From IMG/VR virus record IMGVR_UViG_3300030060_000739, positions 1 through 59,060 of that record: a stretch of DNA of 59,060 nt; one strand, written 5' to 3'. Of this stretch, positions 8,457-17,570 are shown one piece after another (the stretch's first letter is position 1; every line of letters begins with the position of its first letter). The position numbers were made by a program, and so were the translations under genes. The DNA comes from a virus (taxonomy: Duplodnaviria; Caudoviricetes). Under the pieces are notes generated by a model, which was given only the letters and a program-made list of their open reading frames with translations, searched no databases and was not told the origin of the DNA.

Positions 8457-11428
8457 TGGCTCAGGTAGTAGATTTAGATGCGTTGATAGACCAGTACGAA
8501 GCTGGGCTTCTGGCTCAGGCCGGTGCTAAACAAGCATCTCAACAGTCAGCAGCAGATATTGATTTACAAAAACTGACTGAGTTCGGTTATCAAAAACCAG
8601 ACTTAGGTTTTAATCCTAGTCAGTTCTCAGGTGTATCTGAGCTAATTGCTGACGACCTTTCTAGAAGAGAGGCTATACGCTCAGGTATTTTAGCGGATGA
8701 TCCGTATTTTATAGAGAGGTATTTACCTACAGCACCTGACAGAGTTAAAGCTGAATATACGGGTGTTGATTTTACTGGCGGTGCAGAGGGAGACTCTATA
8801 AGACAGATATCGTTTTTACCTTCTGATGTAGCTGCGAACCCGGACTATGTTCAGCGAGTTATACAGACTAATTACGCAGAGCTCTATGACATTCCTCGTA
8901 CATACGATTACAACGTCAGGGTAGAGCCTAATACAGGGGACATGATATTTAATGACCCCTTGAATAAAAATCAACCCACGGTCATCAATCCTCCTGGCAT
9001 AGATAAAGGTGACTTACTAGCATTCGCAGAACCGTTAGTGGCGGAGATAGGTTCAGGTATAGCTGGTGGTCTTGCTGGTGGAGTGATGACAGCAGGTTCA
9101 CCTGTCGGTATAGGTGCTGGTGCTGTAACTGCAGAAACTATAGCGTCATATGTCTGGAGGTTACAGAACCTAAACTATCTTGACGAGAAGGGTTATCTAC
9201 CAGAGGACTACGACATAAACTCAAGAGCTCTAAAAGATGCTGGTATGACAGCTCTGTTTAGTTTAGGTGGCGTAGGGCTGTTTAAATTAGCGAAGTTAGC
9301 TTTCGGGGCAACTAATCCTGGTAAAACTTTTCCGCTCAATGAACAAGAGTTTATAGAATCGTTTAATAAAGTGTCACAAGACGCATCAACTATGACTTCT
9401 CCTCAAGTGGTGATGGCTGGTAGGGAGCAGGGCGTAGATGTGATAAGAAGTCAACCAGAAGGTGCTGAGCAAGCTCTACGAACAGAAGCTGAAAAACCTG
9501 GACCACTTGGAGAAGCATTACGAGAAAGGTATGCCGCTCAAGAGGCAGAGGGCATAGCAGGTGTTCAAGCTCCTTTTGAAGCTCAACAGATCACTCGTGA
9601 TTTAGTGGGGGAGGAAACTGGCGCAGCAGCCAGATCTGTAAGAGGACAAGAACTAAGAAGTGTTGCTGAACAGGCGTTAGAAACCAGTCCAAGAATGCAA
9701 GAAGTTGAGCAACAGATAGTTGACCTAAACCTACGTTCTGACCAATTATTTCAGGACTTGACAGAAGGGTCGCTGGACCCTGCGACAGCTGGTGCTGGTA
9801 TACGGTCTGCGTTTCAACAGGCTAAAGATGGTGCTGCAGAATTAGTTGATGATGCTTATGATCAAGCAGCTACAGCAGCAGGTTTTAAGGGTAATGTCAA
9901 ACCTTATAACTACAGTCGGTTAGGTAAATCTGTCAAACGTATGGCTAATATCGTAAGACAGCAAGCCTTTCCTGATGCACGTGACGCAGCAAGACTACAG
10001 AATGTATTGACCTCTATAAAAAGTGGAGTCAATAAACCTCATAGTGTTTTTGTAAGAGACTTGAGTGAGTTACGTTCTATTATCAGGCAGCAACGAGAGC
10101 TAGGTAAGAACGTAGATGATTTAATTACAATACGTGACGACTTGCTCAAAGTGAGGAAAGACGCACTTAGAGAGAAAGGTGGACCGCAGGCTTTAGCAAA
10201 GTTTGAAGCTGCTGAGTCTGCCTACAGACAATTACAAGAAGACTTCAACAATAAAACTATAAAGAACATGTTGAAGCTACAGAGCATCAGTGCTGATAAG
10301 TATGCTCAAGGTGATAAACAGGCGTACGAGGGATTTACAAACTTCCTTAGGTCTAACATCACTCGTAGAGAAGATGGCACTCTAGACTCTCCAGAATTTA
10401 TAAATAAAGTTTTACTAGACCCTGAAAATATCACAGGTCTAGAATCTCTAAAAGCTGGGTTACGTGAAGAGTTCCTAAATAAAGTAGCTATACAAAAAGA
10501 TGGGGTGTTACAGCCTCGCTCTCCTGTTGCGTATCAAAACTTTATGAACCGTAACGGTAATATCCTACAGAAGTTTTTTACAGAAGATGAGATGGCTAAC
10601 TTCAGTAGTGCTGAATCATTCATAAATAATTTCCGTAAAGAGCAACTAGCTCTAGCAAGGACAAGAGATCAAATAGCTGGATCAACTAACTTAAGACCTA
10701 TAGCCGATAACTTAAATAAACCAGAGCTGATATTTAGTCAAACATGGAAGCCTGGAGAAGTTACGGCAACTAGAGAGCTGTACGATGCTGTAACAACACA
10801 CGGCAGTCAGGAGCTTTTTGATTCATACAAGGCAAACATATTTAAAGATTTTATACAGAAAACAGAAACAGCGGGGGTGGGAGGCAAAAGATCTTTCAGC
10901 GGAGACAAGATAGAAAATTATCTAGACAGCCATGGTGATGCGTTACAAGTCTGGTTTGGTAATGACTTCGTCAAGCAGCTGGGAGATATAGGTCAGAGGA
11001 TAAAACCATACGATAATGTAGGACTTGCTAAATTATCAGAAGACGACGCTTTTATACTGAACAGTTTAAACTCGTTAGCCCGTGCTTATGTCGGTTTATT
11101 TACGACTCCTGGTCGTGTTCTTACAGCTGTTAAAAGTATTTATGGTGGCGCATCTGCGCGTAGACAATTAGATTTACTCGCTAACCCAGATAAGTTGTAC
11201 AATACAATTATGTCAAACAGATGGCAGAGGAATCCTGTTTTACGAGGCACAGTGAGAGAGTTAGGCAGGTTGTTCTACAGAGAGGAAGTAGATCAGCCAG
11301 AACCAGAAGCTGAGGTAACTGCAGAAGAGTCCATGATTCTTGGTCCAGGGTTTCAGACTAATTTTAATAGAGGTGGGCATGTAGTTAAAAACCTAAGCCC
11401 ACTTAAATATGACTTCGGGAGAGGGTAA
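8456..11428 (+). CDS. Putative large ejection protein with C-terminal FNRGG...SPLKY tag
   Basis: 990 aa; Gly-rich hydrophobic segment near aa 195-280, then helical. Confidence 0.55.
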   Translation: MAQVVDLDALIDQYEAGLLAQAGAKQASQQSAADIDLQKLTEFGYQKPDLGFNPSQFSGVSELIADDLSRREAIRSGILADDPYFIERYLPTAPDRVKAEYTGVDFTGGAEGDSIRQISFLPSDVAANPDYVQRVIQTNYAELYDIPRTYDYNVRVEPNTGDMIFNDPLNKNQPTVINPPGIDKGDLLAFAEPLVAEIGSGIAGGLAGGVMTAGSPVGIGAGAVTAETIASYVWRLQNLNYLDEKGYLPEDYDINSRALKDAGMTALFSLGGVGLFKLAKLAFGATNPGKTFPLNEQEFIESFNKVSQDASTMTSPQVVMAGREQGVDVIRSQPEGAEQALRTEAEKPGPLGEALRERYAAQEAEGIAGVQAPFEAQQITRDLVGEETGAAARSVRGQELRSVAEQALETSPRMQEVEQQIVDLNLRSDQLFQDLTEGSLDPATAGAGIRSAFQQAKDGAAELVDDAYDQAATAAGFKGNVKPYNYSRLGKSVKRMANIVRQQAFPDARDAARLQNVLTSIKSGVNKPHSVFVRDLSELRSIIRQQRELGKNVDDLITIRDDLLKVRKDALREKGGPQALAKFEAAESAYRQLQEDFNNKTIKNMLKLQSISADKYAQGDKQAYEGFTNFLRSNITRREDGTLDSPEFINKVLLDPENITGLESLKAGLREEFLNKVAIQKDGVLQPRSPVAYQNFMNRNGNILQKFFTEDEMANFSSAESFINNFRKEQLALARTRDQIAGSTNLRPIADNLNKPELIFSQTWKPGEVTATRELYDAVTTHGSQELFDSYKANIFKDFIQKTETAGVGGKRSFSGDKIENYLDSHGDALQVWFGNDFVKQLGDIGQRIKPYDNVGLAKLSEDDAFILNSLNSLARAYVGLFTTPGRVLTAVKSIYGGASARRQLDLLANPDKLYNTIMSNRWQRNPVLRGTVRELGRLFYREEVDQPEPEAEVTAEESMILGPGFQTNFNRGGHVVKNLSPLKYDFGRG

Positions 11429-11430
11429 AG

Positions 11431-12768
11431 ATGCAACGTAGAGTGCTTTCACCTAACATACGAGATGACGCTAGCACACCATCTATCGTGCAGACTGCTG
11501 GTTCACCACTCACTAATCGCGCTGCTATGTTATACAACAGAGGGCCACAATATCAAGGTGGGTTACGCTCGTTAGTTGCTCCCCCTAGAACACCTGTAGG
11601 TGGCCAAGGCGACATGCAGAAACTGATGGACATGCAGCGAGAAACATACAGAAATTTTCTAACTCAAAACCAAGCAGCTGCACCTGTAACAGGCACAGGC
11701 ACAACGACTGGTCCAGTAGTTGCTACAGATCCGTTACCTGGAGCTGGTGGCACAGTGACTATGCCTAAAGATTCAGACTTTGGAATAGGTGGAACAGCTA
11801 ATACACGAGCCGGAGGAAGGGGCGGTGCACCTATGGGGGACTATGCCGGTGGGTCTGTTCCTCTGGATAATACTTTTGTATCTGAAATAGGTCAGAATCC
11901 AGGTGAACCCGGAATGTTGATTGGTGATATGGAGGGTGGTGTGATTGCACCCTCTGTTGTCATACCTGATCCAGGTCCAGCATCCACTGTAGATATGCCT
12001 AGAAACAGGTTTGATGAACCACCTGTTCCTACTGGTATAGCTAGCATACCCACACCCATGGACGATGGTTTTTATGATGAAGACCTTCCGACTATAGATA
12101 CTGGCTTTGGCATGGTTGATTTAAATTTTGTTCCGGGCATTAATACAAACATACAACCAGAAGACATAGATATGGAAGCTATAGTAGAAGCTGCACAAGC
12201 TGCTGCTCCTGAGCTTCCTGGACCGGAAGAATTTATTCGACCGCCTGAACCACCTCCACCGGCTGAAGTTCCTTTGATGCCTGTATCCGTAGGAAGACCA
12301 CCGGCAGATTCTTTACCGCCGATGCCTCCTCCACCAGTGAGGCCACCGTTACCACCGCCACCGCCACCGCCTCCACCACCCGCACCTCCAGCAGCGATGC
12401 CTGGACCATCAGCCATGGACTTTCCGGAAGACGTATCAGACAGGATAGGTGTTAATCTACCACCAGATAGACAGTTTGGGCCAAGTTTACCAGCCACAGG
12501 TGGACTAGGAGCTTTTGAAGATATGTCAATACCAACTCAAGAAGAGTTAGATGTATTGATAAATAATGCCATCGCTAATATGGACATACCAACTATAGGT
12601 ATAGGAGCACCTCCGACACTGCTACCTACAGAAGTACCCACATTTATGCCTAAGACTCCTAGAGGTAGAAGACCTCGAGATTTACCACCTGGAAGATTCC
12701 CTCCTCCGGGACTTAATTTAGGGGGAGTGGTTGAGCGTGTGCAGCGTATGATGCCTCTTAAATACTAA
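11431..12768 (+). CDS. Proline-rich low-complexity protein ending LNLGG...MMPLKY
   Basis: Poly-Pro tract; C-terminal tag shared with other ORFs supports real coding. Confidence 0.7.
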   Translation: MQRRVLSPNIRDDASTPSIVQTAGSPLTNRAAMLYNRGPQYQGGLRSLVAPPRTPVGGQGDMQKLMDMQRETYRNFLTQNQAAAPVTGTGTTTGPVVATDPLPGAGGTVTMPKDSDFGIGGTANTRAGGRGGAPMGDYAGGSVPLDNTFVSEIGQNPGEPGMLIGDMEGGVIAPSVVIPDPGPASTVDMPRNRFDEPPVPTGIASIPTPMDDGFYDEDLPTIDTGFGMVDLNFVPGINTNIQPEDIDMEAIVEAAQAAAPELPGPEEFIRPPEPPPPAEVPLMPVSVGRPPADSLPPMPPPPVRPPLPPPPPPPPPPAPPAAMPGPSAMDFPEDVSDRIGVNLPPDRQFGPSLPATGGLGAFEDMSIPTQEELDVLINNAIANMDIPTIGIGAPPTLLPTEVPTFMPKTPRGRRPRDLPPGRFPPPGLNLGGVVERVQRMMPLKY

Positions 12769-14207
12769 AGTAACCAATCTTTCCAGCGTTCTTCACCTAA
12801 CACTGTTTGAGCTATATTCTGTTTCTGTCGTAGCGACTTAACTATCTTTTCATCTACTGTGCGCTCGCAGACTATATCTATATAAGTCACTTTATTAGTT
12901 TGACCTATACGGTGCGCTCTGTCCTCAGACTGCAGCCGTTTTTCTAAGTCATAATTATTTGAGTAGTACACTACGGTGCTAGCAGCCGTGAGAGTTATGC
13001 CGTATCCTCCTGTCTGTGTGTTACCTACAAAGAATCTTAGGGGATCTTGTTTATCTTGAAATTTATCAATCACCTCAGCTCGTCGCTCTTGGCCTATGTC
13101 ACCATAATATGTGCCTACAGATTCTTCACCATATATTCTTTCTAGCTCAGACTGTATCTTTTCTATGTCGTGTCGGTAGTTAGCCCAGATAATGACTTTA
13201 CCGTCAGTTTCTTCTAGTATGTCCAGTAACTCAGTTAGTCTTTGATTAGGTAACTCAGTAAGCCCACCGCCATCAAGACCAACAAAGCCACAAGATATTT
13301 GATGTAACCTGATTATCTGTGTAATTAAATGCGTGATTGTAACAGTGCCTTTACTTAAAGAAGCCTTCGCCTCTTTTTGTATTTGTTTATAGACACGTTT
13401 CTGCTCTTCTGACATCTCTATTGTACGTTTGAGATAGACTTTATCAGGTAAGTCTAGACAGTCTTTTTTAAGTACCCTGTAGCTAAATTTAAGGAGGCTC
13501 TGGTTTAGTTCCGTAAGGTTCTTATACCCTACTACCTGTTTATACGTTCTACCGCTTGCAGTCTTTTCTACTAAGTTAGCGTATCGCGCCCTGAACCCGA
13601 AGTAACTGCTAAAACCCAGTAGTGCGGGATCTAAAAAGTACGCCTGACTATATAAGTCAAGTGGGCTTTTAGTTACAGGAGAGCCTGTCAGTATCCTTTT
13701 ATAGTGTGCATATTTACCCAGCCTTACAGCGTTCTCAGTTCTTTTAGCTTTATGGTTTTTGATAGTTGTGCTTTCATCTATTATAAACATGGCTCTTCTT
13801 TTAAATAAGAAGTCCGTCACGAACCGTGTACCCTTTTTCGTGCTCATAGCTTCTACGTTCATAACAAGTATGTTGAGCCTATCATCTTCTTGAAACAGAG
13901 TCTTGAGATTATCTAAATTTTTCTGGCTGGTTAAGTTAGACCACTTTACAGTATGGTGATTTATCTCATCTGGTGTATGAGTCGGTATCTCTTTACTGAA
14001 CCAAGTATCGTACACACCTTTAGGTGCAAGTATCAATACACCATTTATTAAGTCCTGTCTATACAGGTGTACAAAGTTATCAATCACAACTTTTGACTTA
14101 CCGCACCCCATCTCCATGAACAGGGCAAACTGTTTTTTATCTACACAAACCTCTAAAGCATCTCTTTGATGTTCGTACGGCTGTGTTTTAAACAAGAAGT
14201 CAGTCAT
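12765..14207 (-). CDS. SNF2-family helicase/ATPase
   Basis: MEMGCGKS (I), IIDES (II), LTGSP (III), GGYGITL (V), QSEDRAHRIGQ (VI). Confidence 0.95.
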   Translation of the reverse strand: MTDFLFKTQPYEHQRDALEVCVDKKQFALFMEMGCGKSKVVIDNFVHLYRQDLINGVLILAPKGVYDTWFSKEIPTHTPDEINHHTVKWSNLTSQKNLDNLKTLFQEDDRLNILVMNVEAMSTKKGTRFVTDFLFKRRAMFIIDESTTIKNHKAKRTENAVRLGKYAHYKRILTGSPVTKSPLDLYSQAYFLDPALLGFSSYFGFRARYANLVEKTASGRTYKQVVGYKNLTELNQSLLKFSYRVLKKDCLDLPDKVYLKRTIEMSEEQKRVYKQIQKEAKASLSKGTVTITHLITQIIRLHQISCGFVGLDGGGLTELPNQRLTELLDILEETDGKVIIWANYRHDIEKIQSELERIYGEESVGTYYGDIGQERRAEVIDKFQDKQDPLRFFVGNTQTGGYGITLTAASTVVYYSNNYDLEKRLQSEDRAHRIGQTNKVTYIDIVCERTVDEKIVKSLRQKQNIAQTVLGEERWKDWLL

Positions 14208-14334
14208 CAGTCAAATACTTGAGTAGATCTTTCAACCGAGGCTCCCAGTTATAGTCATAGTCCTCATCATCAGCAAGCCTGTCGCTAAGTTCTATTATGA
14301 GATTTTTATATCTCTCTTTAGCTGTGTTGTCCAT
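14200..14334 (-). CDS. Small acidic hypothetical protein (44 aa, not in track)
   Basis: MDNTAKERYKNLIIELSDRLADDEDYDYNWEPRLKDLLKYLTDD*, overlapping the SNF2 start. Confidence 0.55.
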   Translation of the reverse strand: MDNTAKERYKNLIIELSDRLADDEDYDYNWEPRLKDLLKYLTDD

Positions 14335-14413
14335 AATAGCGTTTCTATATAAATACGGGGATAGTATTAAGTACAGGCTTTAAAATTAGTATACATGTTT
14401 TAGCATAATTAGC

Positions 14414-14510
14414 AGGTAATAGCCAATACCCCTCTAATATTCTTGTCAATAGCCTCAGAAGACATTGTTTTAGCTTCAGTTTTATGTCAAACCTATTGAC
14501 CTATTAGTAA
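14414..14510. other. Iteron-like AATA/TATT locus 1 (possible origin)
   Basis: Convergent (t/c)aata and ctatt(g/a) units; shares aacctattgac and ctctaatat with 33548-33650. Confidence 0.45.
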
Positions 14511-14533
14511 TTAGGTTTTATTTAGCAGGTATG

Positions 14534-14562
14534 CTTACTTGATTTTTATTTCTCCTTATAAT
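14534..14562 (+). promoter_or_regulatory. Sigma70-like promoter of the replication operon
   Basis: CTTACT-17 bp-TATAAT. Confidence 0.6.
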
Positions 14563-14584
14563 AGATAGGGTAGTAGTAGGTTGT

Positions 14585-14621
14585 GGCGGTGCTGCCTCAA
14601 GTCTTCCCCAGACACACCGCT
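14585..14621 (+). ncRNA. Leader stem-loop with loop complementary to 29992-30001
   Basis: Stem gcggtg/caccgc; gtcttcccca is the reverse complement of tggggaagac. Confidence 0.4.
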
Positions 14622-14691
14622 TTCTCTTACTTGCTAAGTTTTTAGTTTACCCAAACATACTGTAAGGGTAAAAGTAATGTCCGGAGGAAAA

Positions 14692-15240
14692 ATGTCAATA
14701 TTAGAAAAAATGCAGGAGGATAGTGCCCCCGACGTAAAAGTCGATGACCTATCAAATATCAGTGAGCTGGCTAGACAGCTAGAAGAGGTGGAGGATAAAA
14801 TAAGATTAGAGGAGGAGGTACTGAGTGAGCTTAAAAACGAAAGGAAAAAGCTCAGTGAGGGACTTCTACCTGATGCGCTACAGGAGTCTGGTCTCAGTGA
14901 GATTAAGTTAGCTAACGGCACTACCTTGTCCGTCAGTACATACTACAGCGCAAAGATCACGGATGATAATAAAGATGCCGCATATAAGTGGTTAGTGGAT
15001 AATAACTTAGGCGATATCATCAAAAATACAGTGACGGCAAACTTCAGTAGAACAGAAGATGCCCGAGCTACCAAACTCATGGCTCAGCTTGAAGGGGAAG
15101 GACACGACCTCGTTCAAAAGAAGTGGGTAGAACCCATGACTTTAAAAGCTACAGTCAAGGAGCAGGTGGAGAGGGGTGTAGACCTGCCCCTCGATACCTT
15201 TAATGTGTTTATAGGTCATAAAATAAAGGTAAAAAAATGA
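14692..15240 (+). CDS. Conserved phage replication-module protein
   Basis: GGAGG RBS before ATG 14692; coiled coil then A..WL...G.GDIIKN and VEPMTLKA motifs. Confidence 0.7.
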   Translation: MSILEKMQEDSAPDVKVDDLSNISELARQLEEVEDKIRLEEEVLSELKNERKKLSEGLLPDALQESGLSEIKLANGTTLSVSTYYSAKITDDNKDAAYKWLVDNNLGDIIKNTVTANFSRTEDARATKLMAQLEGEGHDLVQKKWVEPMTLKATVKEQVERGVDLPLDTFNVFIGHKIKVKK

Positions 15241-16010
15241 GTAATGAAAAAAGTGAAAAAGGCGAAGTAACAGAGAAAAAATCTACAGAAGTTGCTGTAC
15301 CTAGTTTCTTTGAGGAGGACGCTGGTTCTGGCTTTGAGCACGTAACAGCGGAAGACCTAACTGTACCTAGACTCAAAATACTACAAGCTCTCAGTCCCGA
15401 GGTCAACCGAGCGGACGGTAAGTATGTAGAAGGAGCTGTGGCTGGAGATATCTTCAACACAGTTACGAGAGCCGTGTACAGTGTGGAGGATGGTTGTGTG
15501 GTTATACCGGCTACCTATAAACGTATGTTTTTAGAGTGGCAACCGAGGGATAGTGGCGGAGGATTAGTAAATCAGTACGCAGATGCTGAGATACTCAAGT
15601 CTACTACTAAAAACGCCATCGGTCAAGATGTATTAGATAATGGTAACTACATTCAAACCAGTGCTACTCACTACGGTATAGTAGTTGATGATGACGGTGC
15701 TACGAGCACAGTTATGATACCGATGTCCGGCACTCAACTCAAAAAGTCGAGGGCTTGGAACTCTGTCATGGCGAGTCTCAAAGTGCCTGGCATAAAGGGT
15801 GGCGTATACACCCCACCGCCCTATAGCCATAAGTATCTACTGAAAACTGTGCCTGAGTCAAACGATAAGGGTAATTGGTTCGGCTGGAGCATATCCCTTT
15901 TATCCCAGCTAACCGAGAAGGACTTAATCCTGTATGAGGCTGCTAAAGAGTTTAGTAAAAGCATCAGCTTTGAAAACAGCTTTAGTGCTGATACGGAGGA
16001 GGTTCTTTAA
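15237..16010 (+). CDS. Putative ssDNA-binding protein
   Basis: DL.VPRLKILQ.LSPE, EWQPR..GGG and NDKG.WFGW motifs; acidic C-terminal tail. Confidence 0.6.
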   Translation: MSNEKSEKGEVTEKKSTEVAVPSFFEEDAGSGFEHVTAEDLTVPRLKILQALSPEVNRADGKYVEGAVAGDIFNTVTRAVYSVEDGCVVIPATYKRMFLEWQPRDSGGGLVNQYADAEILKSTTKNAIGQDVLDNGNYIQTSATHYGIVVDDDGATSTVMIPMSGTQLKKSRAWNSVMASLKVPGIKGGVYTPPPYSHKYLLKTVPESNDKGNWFGWSISLLSQLTEKDLILYEAAKEFSKSISFENSFSADTEEVL

Positions 16011-16021
16011 CCAGTAGGGTA

Positions 16022-16045
16022 TGGGTGGGGGTAAAACCCCACCCA
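16022..16045 (+). terminator. Intergenic hairpin (terminator or processing site)
   Basis: tgggtgggg-gtaaaa-ccccaccca; weak U tract. Confidence 0.45.
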
Positions 16046-16061
16046 CTTATGGAGTATTTCA

Positions 16062-17570
16062 TTGGAGATAGCCGAAAAACTACATGATATTTTTCATGGC
16101 TCGGATCGAGCTCATGGAAGTTTCACGGTAGAAAATGGTTCTCTAGGAAAAAAGACACAAGGTAAAGCTAAAACAATCAAAACTGCCGGAGCCAGTATTC
16201 AACACTGGGAGGACCATCTGACAGGTAAAGAGGGTCTGGGTGTTATTCCTATCGACGAAGATAATCTAGTAAAGTGGGGTGCCATTGATATTGATGTGTA
16301 CTCTCTAGATTTAGTAAAGCTGGTTCAAAAGATAGAAGAATTTAAACTGCCTCTCGTAGTGTGTAGAAGTAAGAGTGGCGGTGCTCATGTGTTTTGTTTC
16401 TTGAAGGAGACTGTTTCTGCAGGAGACATGCAAGATAAACTTAGAGAAATTTCTGCCGGTCTAGGATATGGGGGAGTAGAGATATTTCCTAAGCAGAGAG
16501 AGGTATTGGTGGAGAGGGGGGATATTGGCTCGTGGCTCAATATGCCTTACTTTGAGGGAGATGATTCAATGCGTTACGGTTTTGATACCAAAGGTAACGC
16601 ATTAAAACTAGAAGAGTTTGTTCCGTTTGTAGAGAGTCGTTCTATAAGTCACACAGACTTAATAGAACTGGAGGTTCCTGTCATAGATGATATGGTGGAG
16701 GGACCACCGTGTCTACAAGTTTTACTACAACAAGGGTTCCCTGAAGGTACAAGAAATAATGGTCTGTTTAATGTGGGGGTGTACCTTAAAAAGTCAGACC
16801 CTGAGAACTGGGATGCAGAAATAGAGGAGTATAATCGTAAGTATGTTCACCCTCCTCTACCGGCTCAGGAAGTCATAACTCTTATAAGTACACTTAAAAA
16901 GAAAGAATATAATTATAAGTGTAGCGATGAACCTATCAGATCTTATTGTAATGTGGCTAAGTGTCGTGGTTGTAAATTTGGTATTGGGGGGAGTAACTCT
17001 GCTCCTACATTTTCTAGCTTATCTAAATTAGACACAAAACCACCACTCTGGTTCTTATCTATTAACGATAAACGTCTTGAGTTAACTACAGAACAGCTCC
17101 AGAATCAGCTTAAATTTCAGCGTGCATCAATGGAGGTACTGAATATTATGCCCCCTCGCATGAACGATAGGTCGTGGCAGACTTTGATACAAAGTTTGAT
17201 GGATAACGGCATGGAAATAATAGAGGTCAGTGAAGACGTCACTATTGAGGGCCAGTTCATGGAGTTACTTGAGTCTTTCTGTACTGACATGGCTCAAGCA
17301 AATACTAGAGAGGAAATTTTACTGGGTAAACCTTACACTGAAGAAGGTAAAACTTATTTTAGGATCAAAGACCTAAAAGAATATTTAGTCAAACACAGGT
17401 TCACCGACATGGAGACTAACCGTGTAGCTTCTAAACTCCGTGACTTAAACGCAAAGCATAAGTTCTGGAACATTAAGGGTCGCGGTACAAACGTCTGGTA
17501 TATCGATGAGTTTGAGTACGATGATAGTAGAGGATTAGATACCCAAGACTTTGAGGATAAGGGCATATAA
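16062..17570 (+). CDS. AEP-type primase with PriCT-like domain
   Basis: WGAIDID, RSKSGGAH, EIFPKQ, LNMPY; GPPCL...EGTRNN (PriCT-like); TTG start. Confidence 0.8.
   Translation: MEIAEKLHDIFHGSDRAHGSFTVENGSLGKKTQGKAKTIKTAGASIQHWEDHLTGKEGLGVIPIDEDNLVKWGAIDIDVYSLDLVKLVQKIEEFKLPLVVCRSKSGGAHVFCFLKETVSAGDMQDKLREISAGLGYGGVEIFPKQREVLVERGDIGSWLNMPYFEGDDSMRYGFDTKGNALKLEEFVPFVESRSISHTDLIELEVPVIDDMVEGPPCLQVLLQQGFPEGTRNNGLFNVGVYLKKSDPENWDAEIEEYNRKYVHPPLPAQEVITLISTLKKKEYNYKCSDEPIRSYCNVAKCRGCKFGIGGSNSAPTFSSLSKLDTKPPLWFLSINDKRLELTTEQLQNQLKFQRASMEVLNIMPPRMNDRSWQTLIQSLMDNGMEIIEVSEDVTIEGQFMELLESFCTDMAQANTREEILLGKPYTEEGKTYFRIKDLKEYLVKHRFTDMETNRVASKLRDLNAKHKFWNIKGRGTNVWYIDEFEYDDSRGLDTQDFEDKGI

Noticed and set aside
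12072-12497. Gly-rich minus-strand ORF, and similar antisense ORFs (42163, 42192, 52788, 36983)
   Set aside because: Shadows of low-complexity or long plus-strand genes; no RBS or motifs
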